Assembly (NCBI GenBank): GCA_036339875.1
Contig: JAYZAC010000126.1
Coordinates: 1 to 14,176, forward strand
From: a bacterium
GTDB lineage: Bacteria; Muiribacteriota; UBA6191
Length of the DNA: 14,176 bases
Reading direction: 5' to 3'
The notes beneath the pieces are model-generated. The model was not told the origin of the DNA. It made no database searches and saw only the letters and a list, made by a program, of their open reading frames with translations. Made by a program: the position numbers and the translations under genes. Shown one piece after another: positions 7,776-14,176 of the stretch; within the stretch, counting starts at the first letter, position 1; each line of letters starts with the position of its first letter.

Positions 7776-8534
7776 ATGGATAAAATCTCAATAATATTGG
7801 CTGCCGGAATGGGCAAAAGAATGCGTTCTGATCTACCCAAAGTTATTCATACCATACATTCCAAACCGATGGTAAAGTATGTGATTGATGCCGCTGAATT
7901 AGCAGGGGTCAAAAAGCATATACTAGTTGTGGGTCACAAAAAGGAACTTGTGGAGGAGGCTTTAGCTGGAGAGGACTACCTTTATGCAGTTCAAAAAGAG
8001 CAAAAGGGGACTGGACATGCTGTTCAATGTGTATCCCAAGTCGTTACTGAAAACGACCGAGATCGACTAGCTCTGATTTTATGTGGAGATACTCCATGCT
8101 TGCGACCTGAAACATTGCATCTATTTTTAAGACATTATGAGACTTCTAATCTTGATTTATTGGTATTATCCACTCCAGTCAAAGATCCTTCTGGTTATGG
8201 ACGAATAATGCGAGATAAAAATAATCTTTTTACAAGCATTCGCGAACACAAAGACTGTAACGAACAAGAATTACGAATTAATGAAATTAATACGGGAATA
8301 TATGCTGGTCAACTTGGTCTATTCTTAGACCTCCTCCACGAAGTTAAAGATGATAATGAACAAAGTGAGTTTTATTTGACAGATGTAGCTGAAATAGCGA
8401 AACAAAAAGGTCTAAAAATTGAGGCTCGCTGTCTTGGTGCGGAAAATGAATTTCTGGGTGTAAATTCTCCAGCTCAACTGGAATTAGCTAGGACTATCTT
8501 AACTCAACGTGAAGATTCAACTGGTTATTTCTAG
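7776..8534 (+). CDS. glmU: GlmU-like UDP-GlcNAc pyrophosphorylase, uridyltransferase domain only
   Basis: 252 aa with ILAAGMGKRMRSDLPKVIH, QKEQKGTGHAV, CGDTP, SGYGRI, IREHKD, EINTGIY, NEQSEFYLTD, GVNSPAQL. It ends after the linker helix with no hexapeptide acetyltransferase domain. AAGGA RBS upstream. Confidence 0.85.
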   Translation: MDKISIILAAGMGKRMRSDLPKVIHTIHSKPMVKYVIDAAELAGVKKHILVVGHKKELVEEALAGEDYLYAVQKEQKGTGHAVQCVSQVVTENDRDRLALILCGDTPCLRPETLHLFLRHYETSNLDLLVLSTPVKDPSGYGRIMRDKNNLFTSIREHKDCNEQELRINEINTGIYAGQLGLFLDLLHEVKDDNEQSEFYLTDVAEIAKQKGLKIEARCLGAENEFLGVNSPAQLELARTILTQREDSTGYF

Positions 8535-8669
8535 AATCATATATAACTAACAGGAGTAGAAGTACTGGCTCTATTAAAACAAAAAAGCTAGAATTACGAC
8601 TGTTTTTGTTAATATACGTTTGTCCTAGGTCGAAAAAATCAAGAAGAACCCGGGAATGCGAGGGAATCC

Positions 8670-10745
8670 ATGAAGTGTCCAGCCTGCGGATTTGAAAATG
8701 AAGCAGAGAATAAATTCTGTAATCAATGTGGTGCGAGTCTTGATGAATCATTAGATACTAATGATGATTTTTTTGATTTAGATGTTGAATCTTCATCAAA
8801 CGAAGATCAAAGTGATTTGCTAGACGGTGATTTTGGTACTATTCAAGATACCAACGATGATAGTTTAGATGATCTATTTAATATTGATGAAGAAACTGAA
8901 ATCGATAAAATCACATCTACCCAAGTAATCAATTCAGATGATGAATTAGATGATCTTTTTACTATCGATGAAGAAATCGATAGCGAGTTAGCCGATCCTG
9001 AGGCAGAGATTAATAGCACACAAGAGGTAGAACTATCCGACACCGAAAAAGGCGATGAATTATCAGATAATGTGACAGTACAAGACGAAATTGAAGCAGA
9101 ATCACCAGAGAGTGATTTATTTGAAACTAACGACTCCTCCGATGGAGATCTTTTAACCGATGATTCAGACTTGTTTGGGGATCTTAGTGGGGTCGAAGAT
9201 AAATCCGCTGAGAAGATTTTAGAAATTGGTATTGATAATGACAGCTTAGACGAGGTCGTTTCTGATTTAGATGATCTATTCATGGACGACTCTCCTACAG
9301 AACCATCGATCGCTAATCCAATTAGCGAAGCATCTGAAGATTTTTTAGAAGTTCAAGAATCTTCACAGGTAGCAAATTTTGAACCCAACATTGCGGCCGA
9401 AAATGAGGAAGTTTTTTCAGAGAACAATAGCGAACCAGAGGATGATTTTTTAACAGATGATGATTTTGAGTCGGATGCCGATTTTGACTCAGAGGATATT
9501 TTTGGCTCAGATGATGATCTAGATAAAGAAGATGATTTCGAGTCTGATGATGATTTCGAATCAGATGATGATTTTGACTCCAGTGGTGATTTCGATTCTG
9601 AGGATAAAGACGATTTGAATGATGACTTTGATGGGGATGATATCTTTGGGTCAAAAGAAAATGAAGCTGATGATTCAGATATAGACTCTATTTTTGACGA
9701 TAATGACCAATCTGAAGAATTTACTCAATCAAGCAATGAGGAAGAGGAAGAGGAAATTGGCGACCTAATTAGTCAATTAGGAGAAAAAGGAATATCAAAC
9801 GAATCCTTAGCCAATCTTATTGATGTCGAAAAAAAGAATATTCCTCAAGATTTATTAGGTATTTTAGATACATCTGACGATGAAGATGGTCGCTACCAAG
9901 CTGTTGTCACGTTATCTCAAACTTATGATTTGCAATACGTCTCGCGATTTATAGAGTTACTTAGTGATAACAATTTAGAAATACGTGAATGCGCTGCTAA
10001 GTTTCTAGGTGAAGTAGGCGATGAAAAAGCTGTAGAACCTCTTATTCGTACACTGGCCTCAGATAGTCAGAATATGAAATATATAGCCGTAAGCTCTCTA
10101 GGTCAGATAGGTTCTGAACTAGCTTTAACGCCACTTATAGAACTTCTAGAAGAACCAGACGAGAATATAAGGTATATGACGGTTGAGGCTTTGGGTCATA
10201 TTGGCTCAAACAACGCACTGGATCCTCTACTCCAAATGGTGCCTATGGCTGATCGCGATATGCGTTATGTTATAGCGCGCTCTTTCGGATTAATTGGTGA
10301 TACGCGTGCAAAAAATGTACTTACTAGATTTTTAGGAGATGAAGATTGCGACGTAGTTCGTGAAGCAGCGCGAAGTCTGGGGCGTATCGGAGAAGAAACA
10401 GCAGTTGGTCCTTTGCTTCAGAAAATCCAAGAAGTTGATTCTGAGACACAACGAGTTATTGTGAAAGCCTTAGGAGAAATTGGACACATTCAAGCCGTAC
10501 TCACTCTTCTTGAAATGCTTCCTAGCAAAGATGAATCTCTCAACAAAGAAATTGTCATTGCACTGGGTAAAATACGAGATGAACGTGCTATTAAACATAT
10601 TAAAGACTTAGTTTTAGAAGGGCCACTGGATCTTCAAATTGAATGTTTTAAGGCTTTGGGAGATATAGGCTCTGAAGAGTCGCTAGATATTTTGTTTTTA
10701 ATGTTAGACGAGGGTGATAGAGCGCTTCGCTATCCAATTGCTTAG
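8670..10745 (+). CDS. Zinc-ribbon + acidic low-complexity linker + HEAT-repeat protein, 5' part (ends at in-frame TAG)
   Basis: N-terminal MKCPACGFENEAENKFCNQCG (CxxC-x10-CxxC), about 340 aa of D/E-rich sequence, then ~31-aa HEAT/PBS-lyase-like repeats (e.g. IRECAAKFLGEVGDEKAVEPLIRTL). GAGGGA RBS upstream. Confidence 0.85.
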   Translation: MKCPACGFENEAENKFCNQCGASLDESLDTNDDFFDLDVESSSNEDQSDLLDGDFGTIQDTNDDSLDDLFNIDEETEIDKITSTQVINSDDELDDLFTIDEEIDSELADPEAEINSTQEVELSDTEKGDELSDNVTVQDEIEAESPESDLFETNDSSDGDLLTDDSDLFGDLSGVEDKSAEKILEIGIDNDSLDEVVSDLDDLFMDDSPTEPSIANPISEASEDFLEVQESSQVANFEPNIAAENEEVFSENNSEPEDDFLTDDDFESDADFDSEDIFGSDDDLDKEDDFESDDDFESDDDFDSSGDFDSEDKDDLNDDFDGDDIFGSKENEADDSDIDSIFDDNDQSEEFTQSSNEEEEEEIGDLISQLGEKGISNESLANLIDVEKKNIPQDLLGILDTSDDEDGRYQAVVTLSQTYDLQYVSRFIELLSDNNLEIRECAAKFLGEVGDEKAVEPLIRTLASDSQNMKYIAVSSLGQIGSELALTPLIELLEEPDENIRYMTVEALGHIGSNNALDPLLQMVPMADRDMRYVIARSFGLIGDTRAKNVLTRFLGDEDCDVVREAARSLGRIGEETAVGPLLQKIQEVDSETQRVIVKALGEIGHIQAVLTLLEMLPSKDESLNKEIVIALGKIRDERAIKHIKDLVLEGPLDLQIECFKALGDIGSEESLDILFLMLDEGDRALRYPIA
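9441..9656 (+). repeat. Degenerate in-frame 18-bp tandem repeat, 12 units, encoding DDF(D/E)SD-like hexapeptides
   Basis: Units start every 18 nt from 9441, e.g. GATGATTTTGAGTCGGAT (9459), GATGATTTCGAGTCTGAT (9531), GATGATTTCGAATCAGAT (9549), GATGATTTTGACTCCAGT (9567). Confidence 0.85.
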
Positions 10746-10796
10746 GCTCTTGGTAAGATCGGAAGTGAAAAAGGACTAGAAGCTCTCTACAAGTTA

Positions 10797-12716
10797 ATGC
10801 TAGACGGCGATTTAGCCGTTCGTCAGGAAACTGTAAGTGCAATTGGAGATATTGTCTCACCAGACAGCGTCAGCCAATTAGTCAAATTGAATCATGACCC
10901 AGACAAAGTAGTCAGAGCAAACGTAGCTGAATCGCTGGGAAAAATTGGAACTGAAGACTGTATTGTTCCTCTGATCGAATTTATGGAGGATCCAGAAGAG
11001 TCTGTCTCTGATAAAGCAGTCTGGGGACTTCTAGAAATTGGAAAATCTGTTGTACCTCATGTTGTCGATGTTCTATTTTCAGTACCGGAGGCCTATAAAA
11101 TCAAATTAGTTTATGTTCTGGGTAGAACTGGAGACGTACGTGGAGTAAATCATCTTCTTCGTCTATTAGATCAAAGTAATGATGAACTAAAAGATAAAAT
11201 TTGTGACGCTCTAGTTGAAGTTGATCACAGGCTAATGAAAGAACAGCCCATCGCTAGTATTCTCAAGACAGGTTATGCTTGGTTAAGGTTTTCTGTCTCC
11301 AAAGCCCTAGGAAGAGCAGGTGACGCTCGGAGTATAAATATAGTTCTTGATATGATTGAAAATACATTTGATCTAAAGGATCGAGAGTATCTAAATTGTT
11401 TCCCAGATCCAAGTATCGATCAAGTTTCTACGGAAGTCCTCTCTGCGATTCAAAGAAGTGCCTCTGAGATAATGGGACAATTAGATTTTCAAGGACGAGT
11501 TACTGCCGTTCTTGAAGCAATGCTGCGATGCTCTCCAGAAAACATGAATTGGTATATACATGCTTTGGGCTCTATCAATAATAAAAACTCTGTAAATGCA
11601 TTAATTGAACTTCTGAAAAAATCTGATGTGAAAATTAACCCCGTAGTAATTGCTGAGGCACTGAGCCGCTACAAGGGCCAAGATTTGCTTGAGATGCTTC
11701 TTCAGGCTGTTAATACCGCTAATCCCATTGTAAGAATTAGAGTAGTGGTAGTATTAGGTTTCTTAGAGGATGTGCGAGCCATTGGAAAACTAACGGCTTT
11801 AGTTAGTGACATGGATGAAGAAGTACGCTTCGAAAGTATATGTGCTTTAGATCGGATTGGATCCGTAGATGCTATTTCGGCTTTGAGCCAGTCATTGAAA
11901 GATGTATCTGACAGAAATAGACAAAGAGCCGTACAGGTACTGTCTAAATTTGTGAATGATGAATCACTACATACTCTAGGTCAGGCCCTGCAAGATCGCT
12001 CCGATTCAGTACGAATTGAAGCTGCTCGAGTCCTTTCCAGAATAAAAGATACCCGAGTAGTACAGGTCCTAGTATCAGCCATTCATGATTCAAGTGTAGA
12101 AGTTCGACAAATGGTAATTGAATCAATTGGACAAGTCGGTGATAAAAAAGCAGCGGATGCCGTGATTGAAATGCTCGAAGATAATGACAGCAGAGTGCGC
12201 CAAGTTGCAATTAGAGCATTAGGTCGATTGAAATCGATGAATTCGGTTGTACCTTTATTACAGGTTATGAGCGATGAAAATCTGTGGGTAAAAAATGATG
12301 CAATTGATGTACTCAAAGCATTCGAGTCACAGGCATATCCTCAACTATTAGATGCCTTAAATCATGAACAAGAGGAAGTTCAAGAAAACTGTATTGAAGT
12401 GCTTAGCCAAATTGATGACCGAAAGTTAATGAATCGTTTGATACATACCTTGTCTAGTCGCTTTAAATTAATGAGAGCCAATGCCGCAGCGGTATTAGGA
12501 CTAATTGGTGATAAAAATTCAGTGATTCCGCTTGTTCAACTATTAGAAGATCGGGATTATGAAGTCCGTCAAAAAGCAGCAATTGCACTAGGTAAAATCG
12601 CAGATTTAGGAGCAACAATGTCCTTGAAAGAAGCTCTAAAAGATTCTAATAAGGAAGTTAGACAATCCGCTCGTTGGTCACTTGATAAAATTCGTGAGAA
12701 ATCTGGCGTTTTCTAA
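10797..12716 (+). CDS. HEAT-repeat (PBS-lyase-like) protein, 3' part; in frame with 8670-10745
   Basis: 639 aa of HEAT repeats (VRANVAESLGKIG, VRQVAIRALGRLK, VRQKAAIALGKIA). ATG 10797 lies mid-repeat and has no properly spaced RBS, so it is probably not a true start. Confidence 0.8.
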   Translation: MLDGDLAVRQETVSAIGDIVSPDSVSQLVKLNHDPDKVVRANVAESLGKIGTEDCIVPLIEFMEDPEESVSDKAVWGLLEIGKSVVPHVVDVLFSVPEAYKIKLVYVLGRTGDVRGVNHLLRLLDQSNDELKDKICDALVEVDHRLMKEQPIASILKTGYAWLRFSVSKALGRAGDARSINIVLDMIENTFDLKDREYLNCFPDPSIDQVSTEVLSAIQRSASEIMGQLDFQGRVTAVLEAMLRCSPENMNWYIHALGSINNKNSVNALIELLKKSDVKINPVVIAEALSRYKGQDLLEMLLQAVNTANPIVRIRVVVVLGFLEDVRAIGKLTALVSDMDEEVRFESICALDRIGSVDAISALSQSLKDVSDRNRQRAVQVLSKFVNDESLHTLGQALQDRSDSVRIEAARVLSRIKDTRVVQVLVSAIHDSSVEVRQMVIESIGQVGDKKAADAVIEMLEDNDSRVRQVAIRALGRLKSMNSVVPLLQVMSDENLWVKNDAIDVLKAFESQAYPQLLDALNHEQEEVQENCIEVLSQIDDRKLMNRLIHTLSSRFKLMRANAAAVLGLIGDKNSVIPLVQLLEDRDYEVRQKAAIALGKIADLGATMSLKEALKDSNKEVRQSARWSLDKIREKSGVF

Positions 12717-12728
12717 ATCTATAGCATT

Positions 12729-13505
12729 GTGATCCAAGGTTTACTTCATAATCGGTTTCCATTCTGTCGTTTCGGAAAACCTGATGGTAAATCCATTGTA
12801 TTAATACCGGGTCTTACGGACGCATTTAGGGATGCTCAACAGGGTTCGAAAATGCTCTCAAGGCAGTTTTCTCAATTAGCTGAATTCTTTTCAATTACAG
12901 TTATATCGAGACCATTAGACTGCAGTAATTCACTTTCACAGATGGCTGATGAATTGTGGCACGTATTAAGTCACTACAATACTAAGAAAATTAATCTTAT
13001 TGGCATAAGTATGGGTGGAATGCTGTGTCAGCATTTAATCAAACAGTATCCAAAACAGTTTGCTAGTTTAAGCCTCGTTGTAACTGGTTTAATGCAGGAT
13101 CATAATGGCAAAAAAAGATTGAGACGCTGGAGAGATTTAGCTAGCGAAAAAAATTGGAAGACACTTCAAGATGAAACTCTAAATGTTATTTATGGTGAAA
13201 AATCTCAGACTACTAATAAATCAATAACATTGCGAATCACTCCACCTCGATCTCAAGAACATTTTATAAGCTGTGTTGAGGCATGTTTAAATCATAATTT
13301 AAGTGAATCTCTCAGTCCAAAATTAATAGATAAGGTTTTAATCTTAGGTGGAGAACTTGATCCTTTATATCCACCTGATGCAACTATGAGACTTGCTGCA
13401 GAATTCGATCAAACGGCTCAGATTTTGAGCGAATGTTCTCATGGAATTGTTGGCTTAACAGCTAAAAAAGTTCAATCTAACATCCTTCAATTCTTACAAA
13501 CATAA
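12729..13505 (+). CDS. Alpha/beta-fold hydrolase
   Basis: 258 aa, GTG start 12 nt after the HEAT gene stop. IVLIPGL oxyanion region, GISMGG nucleophile elbow, GGELDPLYP acid and CSHG histidine. Confidence 0.9.
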   Translation: MIQGLLHNRFPFCRFGKPDGKSIVLIPGLTDAFRDAQQGSKMLSRQFSQLAEFFSITVISRPLDCSNSLSQMADELWHVLSHYNTKKINLIGISMGGMLCQHLIKQYPKQFASLSLVVTGLMQDHNGKKRLRRWRDLASEKNWKTLQDETLNVIYGEKSQTTNKSITLRITPPRSQEHFISCVEACLNHNLSESLSPKLIDKVLILGGELDPLYPPDATMRLAAEFDQTAQILSECSHGIVGLTAKKVQSNILQFLQT

Positions 13506-13529
13506 TCAGAATTCACAAAATCTAATTAT

Positions 13530-13560
13530 AAAAAAAGCCCAGATCCGAAGATCTGGACTT
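13530..13560 (-). terminator. Rho-independent terminator of the minus-strand gene, possibly weakly bidirectional
   Basis: The minus strand reads GTCCAGATC-TTCG-GATCTGGGC-TTTTTTT: a 9-bp stem with one G-U pair, a C(UUCG)G tetraloop and a U7 tail, about 25 nt after the stop at 13583. It lies between convergent genes. Confidence 0.92.
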
Positions 13561-13582
13561 CTATGAAAGTGAGCGAACGTTT

Positions 13583-14176
13583 CTACTTCATGGCGTTCAT
13601 CAAAAATTGGATCTGTTGCTTCAGTTCCTCAATCAGTAATTGCTGCTTCAAATGCTGCTTCTCTAGTGCTTCAACACGTTCGTCACGTTTCTTTGAATCT
13701 CCATCTAAATTAGATCCGAGATTTATATATACTTTGCCATTAGCCAGTAAGAACCCTAAGGTCTTACCATCTAAAGTTTTGACAATGTTATTTTCAATAT
13801 TAACTTGATCTTTATTAAATTCTAGCTGACCCATCAAGCCCACCAGAATATTAGTACTTTTATCAGCCCAACCATTACCAACAACTCCAGGGTTAGTTGA
13901 GACAACACCCAGCAACTGGTCTCCCGTCTGATATACACGAACCTTTCCTGTTGCTGGATTTAATCCAACCAAATCACCTGCTGTTGCATCATCTTCTTTC
14001 TCAAAGTATTCCGCATAGTCAGCTCCCTGTAGAGTACTATTATTGGCATATATAGTACCTTCGGTGTCATTATCGGAATTACATTGAGCATTTGAACCAA
14101 CACATAATCCTCCGCCTGTTACTTGAAGTCTCATTTCAGGTGAGTTAGTACCAAATCCAGAATCACCTTCAACGAT
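13583..14176 (-). CDS. C-terminal part of a fibre/adhesin-like protein with an intramolecular chaperone (peptidase G2/S74-like) domain; N-terminus outside the window
   Basis: The frame stays open to the edge (IVEGDSGFGTNSPEMRLQVTGGG, resembling the GNVGIGTTSP-x-KLxV repeat). It continues GADYAEYFEK, GDLV, LLGVVSTNPGVVGN, VGLMGQ and ends in a coiled coil (RVEALEKQHLKQQLLIEELKQQIQFL). Confidence 0.75.
   Translation of the reverse strand: MVEGDSGFGTNSPEMRLQVTGGGLCVGSNAQCNSDNDTEGTIYANNSTLQGADYAEYFEKEDDATAGDLVGLNPATGKVRVYQTGDQLLGVVSTNPGVVGNGWADKSTNILVGLMGQLEFNKDQVNIENNIVKTLDGKTLGFLLANGKVYINLGSNLDGDSKKRDERVEALEKQHLKQQLLIEELKQQIQFLMNAMK

Larger units (their letters stand above)
8670..12716 (+). other. 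Single 1348-codon reading frame interrupted by one TAG at 10743-10745 (readthrough, nonsense allele or sequence error)
   Basis: Translation through the stop gives LRYPIA*ALGKIGSEKGLEALYKLMLDGDLAVRQETVSAIGDI, with exact 31-aa spacing LGDIG to LGKIG to IGDIV. Confidence 0.9.

Noticed and set aside
8572..8614. Imperfect inverted repeat TATTAAAACAAAAAAG...CTGTTTTTGTTAATA after glmU
   Set aside because: It is almost entirely A/T with bulges and a long loop, so it is not convincing as a terminator or operator in an AT-rich spacer.
9441..9656. CRISPR-like interpretation of the periodic sequence
   Set aside because: The units are contiguous, degenerate, in frame and have no unique spacers, and no cas genes are present.
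7612..10745. Genome-wide TAG reassignment (code 15-like) as the explanation of the internal stop
   Set aside because: glmS ends at its conserved KSVTVE with TAG, three other genes also end in TAG, and only one internal TAG occurs in about 13 kb of coding sequence.
3071..12316. Other short ORFs (3071-3346, 4910-5128, 7020-7208, 8494-8751, 8843-9283, 9322-9654, 10648-10860, 11944-12210, 12083-12316)
   Set aside because: All lie antisense to, and mostly or wholly overlap, well-supported genes. The Ser-rich and His-rich ones simply mirror GAT/GAA-rich acidic codons.
13563..13808. 81-aa Cys-rich ORF on the plus strand
   Set aside because: It is an antisense shadow of the coiled-coil end of the minus-strand gene, starting just beyond the terminator hairpin with no RBS.

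Overview
AT-rich bacterial chromosomal window, standard code 11, organised around a divergent promoter region (4607-4807). The leftward operon has a perfect TTGACA-17-TATAAT promoter and encodes a membrane-anchored PpiC/SurA-like foldase, a DapF-family epimerase whose first catalytic Cys is replaced by Ser, and two carbohydrate (CUT1) ABC permeases. The second permease is missing from the ORF track and runs off the left edge. It carries a ~200-aa extracytoplasmic insertion containing a ComEA-like helix-hairpin-helix module. The rightward genes are a PfkB kinase, glmS, a GlmU with only the uridyltransferase domain, a very large zinc-ribbon/acidic-linker/HEAT-repeat reading frame (8670-12716) split by one in-frame TAG that preserves the 31-aa repeat register, and an alpha/beta hydrolase. 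At the right edge is the 3' end of a convergent fibre/adhesin-like gene with an intramolecular-chaperone domain, followed by a UUCG-loop terminator. No RNA genes, CRISPR arrays or mobile elements were recognised. All family calls are by-eye motif recognition; no searches were run.
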